The position numbers were made by a program, and so were the translations under genes. From assembly GCA_963737265.1 (NCBI GenBank), contig CAVTRY010000023.1, forward strand, positions 352,001-416,000: DNA of 64,000 bases. Direction: 5' to 3'. The DNA comes from an uncultured delta proteobacterium (GTDB lineage Bacteria > Myxococcota_A > Polyangia > Fen-1088). Shown here in pieces: positions 43,384 through 52,961 of this stretch. The notes under the pieces are model-generated. The model was given only the letters and a program-made list of their open reading frames with translations. It did no database searches and was not told the origin of the DNA. The number at the start of each line of letters is the position of its first letter. The stretch's first letter is position 1.

Positions 43384-45381
43384 GTGTGCGGGATCGCGGG
43401 AATACTGTCACGGCAATCCGAACCGCCCAGCATCGAGCAGCTTGGCGCCATGGCGGCGTCGCTTTTCCACCGCGGTCCCGACGAATTCGGCGTGTATCGC
43501 GACAGCAAGGTCGGGCTGGCGCATGCCCGACTTTCGATCATCGATCTTTCCGCTGGCCAGCAACCCCTTTGCAATGAAGACGGCAGCTTGTGGGTAGTGT
43601 TCAACGGCGAGATTTTCAACTACGTCGAGCTGCGCGCCGAGCTGCTCGCGCTGGGCCACGTGTTCCGCACGCAAAGCGACACCGAGGTCATAGTTCACGC
43701 GTTCGAAGCCTGGGGCGAGCGCGCGTTCGCCCGCTTCAATGGCCAGTACGCGCTCGCGCTGTGGCAGAACCAAACCAGGACGTTGACGCTGGTCCGCGAC
43801 CGGGTGGGCGTTCGGCCGCTCTATTATATGGAACACGGCGATCGCGTGTACTTCGCCAGCGAGGTCAAGGCGATCTTTGCCGCGGACGCCGGTCTGCCGC
43901 GCGAAATCGATCCGGTCGGCATCGACGAAACCTTCACCTTCTGGTCCACCGTCGCGCCCCGGTCGGTGTTCAAGGGTGTGGTCGAGTTGCCGCCAGGATC
44001 CGTGCGTGTCTTCTCGCCTGGCGGCGTTGAAGAGCACACCTTTTGGCAACCGAGCTACCCGGTGGGCGAGCAGGACCGATTCGCCGGCACGCTTGAAGAA
44101 GCCGAGACCGCGGTGCTGGAGTCCCTCCAGCGCGCGACCGATTTGCGCATGTTGCGCGCCGATGTTCCCGTGGGCAGCTATCTGTCGGGCGGGCTCGACA
44201 GCTCGCTGGTCGCCGCCCTTGGTTTGCGTGCCAAGGGCGAACGGTTTCGAACTTTTTCGTTGCGCTTCGAGGACGCCGAATTCGACGAAACCGGCTTTCA
44301 GCGCGAGATGCAGAGATTTCTTGGCAGCGAGCACGCGGAGGTCGTCGTATCGCAACGACAGATCGCCGAGGTGTTTCCCGACGTCATCGAGCACACCGAG
44401 CGCCCCATCCTACGCACGGGACCTGCGCCGATGTTTCTGCTGTCGCGCTTGGTTCGGGCGGCGGGGATCAAGGTCGTGCTGACCGGCGAGGGGGCGGACG
44501 AGATGTTCGCCGGCTACGACATCTTTCGCGAGGCCAAGGTTCGCCGCTTCTGGGCGCGCCAGCCAGGCTCAGAAAGCAGGCCGCGGCTGCTCGAGAAGCT
44601 CTATCCCTACCTCGCGCGCTCGCCCGTTGCCCAGCAAGCCATGGCGCGCAGGTTTTTCGGCCGCGGCCTCGAACGGGCGCGCCTGCCCGGCTTCTCGCAC
44701 GAGCCGCGCTGGCAGGGCGCGGCGGCGCTCAAGCGTTTGTTCTCCGAGCGCCAGCAGCAACTCGCCCAGGGGATTTCCGTCGTCGACGAATTGCTGGCCC
44801 GATTGCCGAGCGACTTTTCCAAGTGGACCGCTCTTGCGCAGGATCAGTATCTCGAGGTCCGCACCCTGCTGCCGGGCTATATCCTGTCGTCGCAGGGCGA
44901 CCGAATGTTGATGGCCCACTCGGTGGAAGGGCGCTTCCCGTTCCTGGATGCCGAGGTCATGCGCTTGGCTGCGTCGCTGCCCGATTCGTACAAGCTCAAG
45001 GTTCTCGACGAAAAACACATCCTCAAGCGCATCGGCCGGGGCCTGGTTCCACCGTCGATCCTTGCGCGCAAGAAGCAGCCCTATCGCGCTCCGGACGCGG
45101 CTTGCTTCGTGGCGGCCGATGCCCCCGCGTGGGTAGGTGATGTCATCTCCGCGGACAATCTGCGCGCGGCGGGAGTCTTCAGCGCGAAGGCCGTCGAACA
45201 GCTTTTCCAGAAGTGTCGTGACCGGCAGGGCTCGCAGTTTTCCAACGCCGATAACATGGCGGTGGTGGGCGTGCTTTCGACCCAGCTCCTGTATCGCCAG
45301 TTCATCCAACATCATCGGCCAACTCGGCCGATTGCCGAGTTTTCCACCCGCGTGGATCGCCTAAGTTTGAGGCAACCATGA
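43384..45381 (+). CDS. asnB: glutamine-hydrolysing asparagine synthase-like amidotransferase
   Basis: (M)CGI Ntn Cys, HRGPD, NGEIFN, SGGLDSS, GEGADE, RFPFLD. Confidence 0.93.
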   Translation: MCGIAGILSRQSEPPSIEQLGAMAASLFHRGPDEFGVYRDSKVGLAHARLSIIDLSAGQQPLCNEDGSLWVVFNGEIFNYVELRAELLALGHVFRTQSDTEVIVHAFEAWGERAFARFNGQYALALWQNQTRTLTLVRDRVGVRPLYYMEHGDRVYFASEVKAIFAADAGLPREIDPVGIDETFTFWSTVAPRSVFKGVVELPPGSVRVFSPGGVEEHTFWQPSYPVGEQDRFAGTLEEAETAVLESLQRATDLRMLRADVPVGSYLSGGLDSSLVAALGLRAKGERFRTFSLRFEDAEFDETGFQREMQRFLGSEHAEVVVSQRQIAEVFPDVIEHTERPILRTGPAPMFLLSRLVRAAGIKVVLTGEGADEMFAGYDIFREAKVRRFWARQPGSESRPRLLEKLYPYLARSPVAQQAMARRFFGRGLERARLPGFSHEPRWQGAAALKRLFSERQQQLAQGISVVDELLARLPSDFSKWTALAQDQYLEVRTLLPGYILSSQGDRMLMAHSVEGRFPFLDAEVMRLAASLPDSYKLKVLDEKHILKRIGRGLVPPSILARKKQPYRAPDAACFVAADAPAWVGDVISADNLRAAGVFSAKAVEQLFQKCRDRQGSQFSNADNMAVVGVLSTQLLYRQFIQHHRPTRPIAEFSTRVDRLSLRQP

Positions 45382-46934
45382 ATCACGCCGTTCCCTTGCT
45401 GCACGACTACTTGATCGATTCCGCGCGCAGGCTGCCCGACAAGATCGCGCTGGTCTGCCAACAGCAGCGTCTCACCTACGCGGAGATCGATGCGCGCTCG
45501 AATGCCCTCGCCCACGCGCTCGTGCGCCGAGGCGTCGAGCGCGGCGACCGGGTCGTGGTGTTCGCCGACAACACCGTCGAGACCGTGGTGTCGTTCTGGG
45601 CCACGCTCAAGGCGAATGCGGTCATCACCATCGTGAACCCTCTCACCAAAGCGGACAAGCTCGCCTACTTGCTAGGCGACTGTCGCGCGGTCGCCCTCAT
45701 CAGCGATGGCCACATCACGTCCGTGTTCGCCGAGGCAGCCGCGCAGTCGCCCCATCTCAACACCGTCATTATCTCCGGGACCGTCGACGAAAGTCGCACG
45801 CACAACCTGCCCGGTGTTGTTGCCTGGAACGAGGCCGTGCAAGCCGAGTCGCGCGCGGCCCCGCCCGCTCGGCGCAACATCGACGTCGACTTGGCGGCCA
45901 TCGTGTACACCTCCGGCAGCACCGGCGATCCCAAGGGCGTGATGCTCACGCATCGAAACATGCTCACCGCCGCCACCTCCATCACCACCTACCTCGAAAA
46001 CGTCGAGGACGACGTGATCTTGAGCGTGTTGCCGATGTCGTTCGATTACAGCCTGTACCAGATGATCATGGCGTTTCGCATGGGTGCGCGCCTGGTGCTC
46101 GAACGCAGCTTCACCTATCCCGCCCAGGTGCTCAACGTACTGGTCGAGGAGGGCGTCACCGGGTTTCCCGGCGTCCCCACGATTTTCGCCATCCTGGCCG
46201 AGATGAAGACCCTCGCACGGTACGACTTCTCCAAGATTCGCTACGTGACGAACACCGCCGCCGCGCTGCCCGTCAAGCACATCACCCTGCTAAGCGACCT
46301 GTTTCCCCGCGCCGCCATCTACTCGATGTACGGCCTGACCGAATGCAAGCGTTGCACCTATCTGCCGCCCAAGTGCCTCAAAGACAAGCCGGGCAGCGTG
46401 GGCATCGCGATTCCCAACACCGAGCTGTGGCTGGTGGGCGAGGACGACCGCAAGCTCGGACCGAACGAAGTCGGTCAATTGGTGATCCGTGGCGCGACGG
46501 TGATGAAAGGCTATTGGGAAAAGCCGGAGGCGACGGCCAGGAAGCTGCGGCCGGGGCCGTTGCCGGGAGAGCTCGTGCTCTACACCGGCGACTACGCGCG
46601 CCTCGACGAAGACGGCTTTCTCTACTTCGTGGGCAGAATGGACGACATCATCAAGTCGCGGGGCGAAAAAGTGGCACCCAAGGAAGTCGAAAACGCCTTG
46701 ATGAACATCCAAGGCGTGAAGGAGGCCGCGGTCATCGGTGTCCCCGACGAGATTTTGGGCCAAGCCGTGAAAGCCTATGTGGTTCTCGAAAAAGGAGTCG
46801 GCATGTCCGATAAGGATGTGGTGCGCGAGTGCCAGCGCCGTCTCGAGAACTTCATGGTTCCCAAGCACGTCGTGTTCGTGGACGATTTGCCCAAGACAAC
46901 CACGGGAAAGATCAAGAAGACGGGGCTCGTATGA
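45378..46934 (+). CDS. adenylate-forming (AMP-binding) acyl-CoA/acyl-ACP ligase
   Basis: YTSGSTGDPKG, YGLTE, TGD, GRMDD, PKTTTGKI; ATGA overlap. Confidence 0.93.
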   Translation: MNHAVPLLHDYLIDSARRLPDKIALVCQQQRLTYAEIDARSNALAHALVRRGVERGDRVVVFADNTVETVVSFWATLKANAVITIVNPLTKADKLAYLLGDCRAVALISDGHITSVFAEAAAQSPHLNTVIISGTVDESRTHNLPGVVAWNEAVQAESRAAPPARRNIDVDLAAIVYTSGSTGDPKGVMLTHRNMLTAATSITTYLENVEDDVILSVLPMSFDYSLYQMIMAFRMGARLVLERSFTYPAQVLNVLVEEGVTGFPGVPTIFAILAEMKTLARYDFSKIRYVTNTAAALPVKHITLLSDLFPRAAIYSMYGLTECKRCTYLPPKCLKDKPGSVGIAIPNTELWLVGEDDRKLGPNEVGQLVIRGATVMKGYWEKPEATARKLRPGPLPGELVLYTGDYARLDEDGFLYFVGRMDDIIKSRGEKVAPKEVENALMNIQGVKEAAVIGVPDEILGQAVKAYVVLEKGVGMSDKDVVRECQRRLENFMVPKHVVFVDDLPKTTTGKIKKTGLV

Positions 46935-47641
46935 CGACCAAATCCGAGGCTGGGCTCGAGACCGACGAAGAAGGTCGACCTCTAGCCTATGCACGAGGGC
47001 TACAAACCTTCATGGGTCACGCGCTGTTCGTTGCCCCCGGCGCGCTCGTGCCTCGCAAAGAGACGGAGCTGCTGGCGACGGTGGCTATCGCCGATCTGTC
47101 CCCGCGTGGCGACGACTTGAGAGTCATCGATATGTGCTGCGGCGCCGGCAATCTCGCCTGCGCCATCGCCGCGGCCTTGCCCTCCGCTCGGGTTTGGGCC
47201 GCCGATCTGACCGAGGGCGCCGTCCTGGTGGCGCGGAAGAATGTCGAACGCCTGGGCCTGCACGAGCGAGTGACCGTCTGGCAAGGCGACCTGTTCGCAC
47301 CGCTCGAGCCCCTCGGTTTGCAGGGCTCCATCGATGCCGTGGCGTGCAATCCCCCCTACATTTCAAGCAGCCGCCTCGCCGCGCGCGACGACCTCGCGCA
47401 CGAGCCGCGCGAGGCCTTCGATGGCGGCCCCTACGGGATTTCTATCCACCAGCGGGTGGTCAGCGCCGCGCTTCCCTTGCTGCGCAAGGGTGGTACGCTA
47501 TTGTTTGAATTTGGGGTGGGACAGGAACGCCAGGTAAAGTTTCTCTTCGAACGATGCAAAGGCTACGAGGCTGCTCGGCTCTTTCCGAACGAACAGGGCC
47601 AGCCCCGGGTTATCAGCGCCAGAAAGAGATCCGAGGGATGA
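46931..47641 (+). CDS. PrmC/HemK-like SAM-dependent N-methyltransferase lacking the N-terminal helical domain
   Basis: PLAY..G, LVPRKETE, DMCCGAGNL, NPPY, EP..AFDGG; ATGA overlap. Confidence 0.85.
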   Translation: MTTKSEAGLETDEEGRPLAYARGLQTFMGHALFVAPGALVPRKETELLATVAIADLSPRGDDLRVIDMCCGAGNLACAIAAALPSARVWAADLTEGAVLVARKNVERLGLHERVTVWQGDLFAPLEPLGLQGSIDAVACNPPYISSSRLAARDDLAHEPREAFDGGPYGISIHQRVVSAALPLLRKGGTLLFEFGVGQERQVKFLFERCKGYEAARLFPNEQGQPRVISARKRSEG

Positions 47642-47889
47642 CTACCGCAGAGCGAATCAGACAGTTCATCACGACCAATTTCTACGTGGCCGACCCCGCG
47701 AAGCTCGCCGACGACGCTTCGTTCCTGGACCAGGGCATCATCGACTCGACCGGCGTGCTCGAGGTCGTCGGCTTTCTTGAGGAGGGTTTCGGAATCGTGG
47801 TAGGCGACGACGAAATGTTGCCGGAGAATTTGGATTCCGTGCGAAACTTGACGGCGTTCGTGGAGCGAAAGCGCTTGAAGCCAGTTTGA
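47638..47889 (+). CDS. acyl carrier protein
   Basis: GIIDSTGVLEVV phosphopantetheine Ser, PENLDSV, 83 aa acidic; ATGA overlap. Confidence 0.9.
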   Translation: MTTAERIRQFITTNFYVADPAKLADDASFLDQGIIDSTGVLEVVGFLEEGFGIVVGDDEMLPENLDSVRNLTAFVERKRLKPV

Positions 47890-47906
47890 AACCCTAGAAA
47901 TCAACC

Positions 47907-48485
47907 ATGGCTACGCTGGCAACACTGGTCACGCAGCTACGCAAGGACTACCGGCGGCATCACTCTTCGCTGAGCGCTCCGACGGTTTGGGCAGTCGCGG
48001 TTTATCGGTTCGGCGTTTGGGGTAGGGAGCTACAGAATCCCATCATCAAGACCGTCGCCTCGAAAGCCTACGGCGCCATGTTCTTGGGCATCCAACTGGC
48101 CACGGGCATCGTCATCAATCGCGAGGCGAAGATAGGCAGCGATTTTTATCTCATCCACCACGGGAACACGAAGATTCACCCGGGTGTGATTATCGGAGAA
48201 GGCTGCGCCATCATGCATGACGTGACCCTCGGGACGAACATGGAACGTCCAGGCGCGCCTCGTCTCGGTAACAATGTCTTTGTTGGCGCGGGGGCCAAGA
48301 TACTCGGGCCAATCACGATCGGAGACGGCGCTCGCATCGCCGCGAATTCGCTGGTCATCTCGGATGTTCCGGCTGGCATGACCGCGATCGGCGTGCCTGC
48401 GCGCCTGCTCCAGTATACCGGGCGCCCAATGCCGTCGGCCTCACCGAGTGCATCAGGCCGGTCCAGCGAGACGCCGAAGACGTAG
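47907..48485 (+). CDS. CysE/WcaB-like left-handed beta-helix O-acyltransferase
   Basis: Hexapeptide repeats, VTLG, PRLGNNVFVGAGAKILG, GVPAR. Confidence 0.88.
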   Translation: MATLATLVTQLRKDYRRHHSSLSAPTVWAVAVYRFGVWGRELQNPIIKTVASKAYGAMFLGIQLATGIVINREAKIGSDFYLIHHGNTKIHPGVIIGEGCAIMHDVTLGTNMERPGAPRLGNNVFVGAGAKILGPITIGDGARIAANSLVISDVPAGMTAIGVPARLLQYTGRPMPSASPSASGRSSETPKT

Positions 48486-48541
48486 CCGGAGGCGTAGTCG
48501 ATTTCAGGTCGCCAAGCGGTGAGCCCTGTGAGGATCCACGC

Positions 48542-49924
48542 TCAAACGAACTTCGCGAACAGAACCAGGCGCCCGAAGGTGACTCCCCTGCCGTCTTCAC
48601 TCGCGCGTTGAATGGCGGTCAGAAAATCGACTTGATGTGATACCGCTTTGGTGAAGATCTGAATCACGTCAGCGGCGATGGCCGACAACCTGGCTTCGTC
48701 CCCCTGCGCATCGTCGTCGGCGTCTAGCAGCGACACCACGGCCGGCGTGCCCAACAGTAACAGCCGAATCGAGGCAACCGACAGCGCCATTCGCCCGAGA
48801 TAGTTAAGCAGCGACGGCGCATCGGTATATGGGTAGCGCAACAGGTAGTGACGGCAATAGCGCGCCAAGATCCGATCGACCAACCCTGGCAGTTTCAGGT
48901 CCAGCCGCTGTCGGCGTCGGGCCACGAGCACCGACAGCTCGCCGGGCGTGAGCGGCCGGTCGGCGCCACCACCCGCTTCGACCTGCAGCGACTCGAAGGC
49001 CGCTTTCAGTAGCGCCGCGAAACGCGGGGGATGCCGCAGGCGCAGACGCTGAATCAGCAGTGAAGCCGCCGACGCGACGACCGCGTCGGAGCTTCCGTTG
49101 TACGATTGGAGGTCGCGGTGCAGAGCCTTCGCCGCGGCCTCGTTCACAGTGCTCGCAAGCTCGTTTTGCAGAAGCAGGCAGGCAAGACCTCGCCGCGATC
49201 CTTCGAATGCGTCGGTGCCGCGGCGAAAGAACCCGTCCACCTGCGCCGCCAGCCGGGCGGCCAAAACCAAACGCGTGCCCAACGGATAGTCGCTCCGCTC
49301 GAACAGGTGAAGGAGAGTCTCGCGAACGCGTACAAACGGGGCGGCATACGCATCGCGGCTCTCATCGCCGGCATCGACGGTCTTTCCCACATAGGCACGC
49401 GGCAACAGCGAACCTACGCTGGGTTCCTGTGCTGGGCCGTCTTCGGTCAGGAGAGTCAGTCGTGCCAGCTCAGGACAGGCCAGCGTGCCGGTGACCTCCA
49501 GCCGATTCTCGACGGCGAGTGACGTACGTGGAAACACCGAACACGTGGTGGCAAGAGCGGCCTCGCCATATTTCCGGTGCATCCAGCAGTGGCCGCTGCT
49601 TTCCAGCAGGGGACACGCCCCGTCGTCGTCCAGGGAAACGCTGGCTTGGACGGCGCCGCCATCGGGTGGCGCAACCGACCAAACCTGCAGCCGCACGATG
49701 CGTTCGTGATCGGCGGGATCGGCCGCAGTTGCAACAAGCATGCGCTCCACGCTGGGTGGATCAAACGCGATGCCGAAGTCGCGGCAGCAGGAATCCGGGC
49801 ACTCGGCACCGGTGCAGGAAAATCGCCGCATCGCCCACGTGGCCACCTCAAGGCGCGCGGCAGGGAAGGTTCCGGGCGGGGTTGGCGGGTCGAATGCCCG
49901 GGCGTCCCGGTTCGATGGGGGCAT
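48542..49924 (-). CDS. FliB-like (flagellin lysine N-methylase family) Cys-cluster protein
   Basis: FSCTGAECPDSCC, CPLL....HC, TCSVFPR, LACPE. Confidence 0.8.
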   Translation of the reverse strand: MPPSNRDARAFDPPTPPGTFPAARLEVATWAMRRFSCTGAECPDSCCRDFGIAFDPPSVERMLVATAADPADHERIVRLQVWSVAPPDGGAVQASVSLDDDGACPLLESSGHCWMHRKYGEAALATTCSVFPRTSLAVENRLEVTGTLACPELARLTLLTEDGPAQEPSVGSLLPRAYVGKTVDAGDESRDAYAAPFVRVRETLLHLFERSDYPLGTRLVLAARLAAQVDGFFRRGTDAFEGSRRGLACLLLQNELASTVNEAAAKALHRDLQSYNGSSDAVVASAASLLIQRLRLRHPPRFAALLKAAFESLQVEAGGGADRPLTPGELSVLVARRRQRLDLKLPGLVDRILARYCRHYLLRYPYTDAPSLLNYLGRMALSVASIRLLLLGTPAVVSLLDADDDAQGDEARLSAIAADVIQIFTKAVSHQVDFLTAIQRASEDGRGVTFGRLVLFAKFV

Positions 49925-50142
49925 GGTCCCGCTGGTCCCTGCAAGCGACGACCCAACACGGAAGTGGCCGATTTTCGTGGCCTGGCGCGGGCATCAGCGG
50001 CGAAGGCGGCGGCCCCGTCGGCAAGAGTTGCTGGCCGGAAGGTCTTGCCGCGTCCGTCCTGCCAGGCCATTTTGCCAGCGCGTGACCGATCGATCGCGGA
50101 ATAGCTTGCGACGAAGCCTTCATTGCCGGCCAAATGTATGTC

Positions 50143-50170
50143 TTGCATTCAATCTTGTGTTGCTTACAAT
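50143..50170 (+). promoter_or_regulatory. putative sigma70 promoter in an AT-rich divergent intergenic region
   Basis: TTGCAT-16-TACAAT. Confidence 0.45.
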
Positions 50171-50331
50171 ACATAAGACACCGACAATCATAGGCATCGA
50201 CAACGCACCGCTTTCTTCCTGGTAGGAACCAAAGAAAAGGTGGCGATTGTCGAGAGGAGAGGGCTCATACGGTAGAGGCTTGGGCGACTGTCGGGCTTCG
50301 TGAAGATCCTTTTTTTGGCATGGAGGCACCT

Positions 50332-51447
50332 ATGAACAATCTAGCAACAGGCAAAGCGATGACCCTCGTTGCACTCTGCGCAGCCGCTCTTTCCGTCCAA
50401 TGCGGATCTTCTCCGCCCGTTGTCGGCGGATCCCCGTCGTCGGGAAATGGAGGGGGCGCCATCACCATCACGGGGGCCGGAGGTAACTCCGGCACGACCG
50501 GCGGCGGAGGTAGCAGCGCCAGCGGTCCCCCGGCGAATCCCGACGCCAACTGCGGAACCCAAACCAGCAATATGTCGCAGCAGCCGGCGGATCTGCTCTT
50601 GGTCCTGGATCGTTCGGGCTCGATGGCCGACGACATAGCCTCCAACAATTCCTGCACCGGTCGTGGGGCTCCGGCCAATTGCACCGCACGGTGGCCCACG
50701 ATGACGACAGCCCTCAACCAGGTGCTAGCTTCGTCGCCCGCTGGCGTGCAATGGGGCCTGAAATTCTTCACGTCGCCGAACGGCGGAACCTGTGGTGTGA
50801 ACCCCGGCGTGGACGTCGCTGTGGGGCCCAACACGGCAGCGCAGATCCAAGCCGCCATCGCTCGCACCACGCCCGGCAGTCAAACCCCGACCACCGCGGC
50901 GATCGAAGCCGCGGCGGCCTATCTGCAAACCGTCAACGACGGCCTGCCTCACTACATCCTTCTCGCCACCGACGGCCAACCCAACTGCGATCCGGGAAAC
51001 TCCACCACGACAGATGCGGTCGTCGTCGCGAGAACGGTGGCTGCGATTACCGCTGCCGAGGGCGCTGGCATCAAGACCTTCGTCATCGGCATCGGCCCCT
51101 CGGCGGGAAATCTGGACAACTTCGCAACCGCAGGCGGGACGGGGAAATACTATCCCGCGACATCACCCGATTCTTTGGCGACCGCCCTCAGCTCCATCGC
51201 TGGCCAGGTCGCAAGTTGCGTGTTCAAGATGAGCGCCGCTCCGCAAGACCCGACCAACATCGGCGTCTATTTGGACAAGACGACGAAGGTGCCGCAGGAC
51301 GGAACGAATGGATACACCCTGGGCGCGGACAACATTACCGTAACCTTCAGCGGCAGCTATTGCACCGGGATCACGGCAGGAACCTACAAGGTCGTGCAGG
51401 TATACTTCGGCTGCACCGGATTCGCCCCGCCGTCTTTCATTCCGTAG
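50332..51447 (+). CDS. vWA-domain Cys-rich lipoprotein (myxobacterial CglB-like architecture)
   Basis: GGAGG RBS, SVQC lipobox, MIDAS DRSGS, TPT, LATDGQPNC. Confidence 0.85.
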   Translation: MNNLATGKAMTLVALCAAALSVQCGSSPPVVGGSPSSGNGGGAITITGAGGNSGTTGGGGSSASGPPANPDANCGTQTSNMSQQPADLLLVLDRSGSMADDIASNNSCTGRGAPANCTARWPTMTTALNQVLASSPAGVQWGLKFFTSPNGGTCGVNPGVDVAVGPNTAAQIQAAIARTTPGSQTPTTAAIEAAAAYLQTVNDGLPHYILLATDGQPNCDPGNSTTTDAVVVARTVAAITAAEGAGIKTFVIGIGPSAGNLDNFATAGGTGKYYPATSPDSLATALSSIAGQVASCVFKMSAAPQDPTNIGVYLDKTTKVPQDGTNGYTLGADNITVTFSGSYCTGITAGTYKVVQVYFGCTGFAPPSFIP

Positions 51448-51553
51448 AACCGCTCGGGGACAGCTCCGGTGCGGGAGGCGAGCTTCGGCAGTGCGCCAGC
51501 GACGGCCACGACCGCTTGCGCTTGGCCACCATCACGGTGCAGTAGCCTCGCCT

Positions 51554-52132
51554 TCAGGACTCGGGCGCAAGCCTGTGCGAGAGATCTTCGAGCAACGCAA
51601 GGCGCGAATCTCCGGCTGGGACCATGCGCGGCAGCCACTCTTGCAAGTACGCAAGATCGATGCGTCCGGCTTGGACCGCAAACAGGCGCTTGAGATCCTG
51701 CACGTCCTTGGGTTGAGCATAGAGCAGTTTGGCCAGTGCCGTATCTTCGGCCGAAAGGAACCAGCGCGCCTGCCCGTCAGGCGTGGGCAGTGAAACGCGC
51801 CTGCGCTGCATTTCCGCGTGCCAAGGATGATGGGCGATGAATAGATCAATGCGCGTCCGGGCGAAGTACGCGACGAAAAGGCCCATGCGCGCCACTGTCC
51901 GGTGTGCTTCCGCTCGGTCCACCATGGCACCCGCTCGCTCCACACTGTTGAGCAAGCCATCGAGCTCGTTTTCGCTCACGAAGACCGAAAGGTCCACGTC
52001 CGAAGTCGTTCGCGGCACGCCCCACGCACCCAGCGCCAAAGCACCGCCAAGGGCATAGGGCAAACCGTCTTCATCGAACCGATCGGCGAGCCGTGCCACG
52101 ACGTCGGTTGGCGAGGTCCCGGTCGCAGTCAC
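51554..52132 (-). CDS. minimal nucleotidyltransferase-fold protein
   Basis: PYALGGALAL..GVPRTTSDVD, SAED..LAK....PKD..D; GTGA overlap with upstream ORF. Confidence 0.8.
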   Translation of the reverse strand: MTATGTSPTDVVARLADRFDEDGLPYALGGALALGAWGVPRTTSDVDLSVFVSENELDGLLNSVERAGAMVDRAEAHRTVARMGLFVAYFARTRIDLFIAHHPWHAEMQRRRVSLPTPDGQARWFLSAEDTALAKLLYAQPKDVQDLKRLFAVQAGRIDLAYLQEWLPRMVPAGDSRLALLEDLSHRLAPES

Positions 52133-52413
52133 CTTGTTCCACCTGTCTGCTTCAGTCGTTCGAGAATCGCAATCGTGCTTGCCGGCAGCGGCTCGGGCGC
52201 GTCGGCGCGCGCGCGCACGGCCTCTGGCCAAAGCGAGCGAAACCACGGCAGAAGAGCACACAGTCGCCAGGTTTCGGCCACGCGCTCTTCTGGCGTCGCA
52301 TCCCGCCAGGGCGCAGCCTCACGACGAAGATGCTCGTCCCCAGACAGCGCCCGCACCTGCTCTGCTAGGCGCAGATTCTCCGCCTGCAAGCTCGCTTCGG
52401 GGGTGCCGACCAT
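52129..52413 (-). CDS. small helical protein, putative partner of the nucleotidyltransferase
   Basis: 94 aa, ATPEERV motif, translational coupling, TAGAAT 6 nt before the ATG. Confidence 0.7.
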   Translation of the reverse strand: MVGTPEASLQAENLRLAEQVRALSGDEHLRREAAPWRDATPEERVAETWRLCALLPWFRSLWPEAVRARADAPEPLPASTIAILERLKQTGGTR

Positions 52414-52472
52414 GACGGTATTCTACTCCTGCTGTGCGCATCTGGCAGGAAGCGAGTCGTGGATCCCATCAG

Positions 52473-52799
52473 CTAGCCGGGCGTTGACGAGAAGTGATCC
52501 GCAACCAACCACCAACGGCCATCGCGCTTGTCCAGCGTCATGAGGTCGCGGCCGCTCATCCGCACCTCGCGGCCGCCGGCTCGATAGTCGATTTCCTGGG
52601 TAGCATCGGCCGCGTCTTCGGGTGCATAGAGCATCCGCTGCGCCAGGTTGTGGATGAATCCCTGGTGTCGTCGCACCAGGCATTCCAGTGCGTGCCGGTC
52701 GCCTTGGACGGCGGCGAGCACCAGCGCCGAGTCGGAAGCATCGTCCTGGTTTCTGTCGGCTTGGGCAGACGTGCCAGGTTTTCGGATGGTTGCGGTCAA
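52473..52799 (-). pseudogene. chimeric remnant: ECF sigma region-2 start fused to a SnoaL/NTF2-like C-terminus
   Basis: DSALVLAAVQGDRHALECLVRRHQ...AEDAADATQEI-like segment joined directly to DYRAGG...GRWWLVADHFS. Confidence 0.65.
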
Positions 52800-52961
52800 G
52801 AGACGGCGGTTGACTCGATAGCGTGAGCAGAGACACGTTGTTTGAGGGAGGTCTGATCACGTTTTCTGAGGGAACGCTGCTCGCTGCGAGAGCGTGCAAG
52901 CCGCCTATCGGCGGCTCCTCCGCTGCGCTCCGCGTGGAATGGAGCGAGGCGGCCGCGGCTG

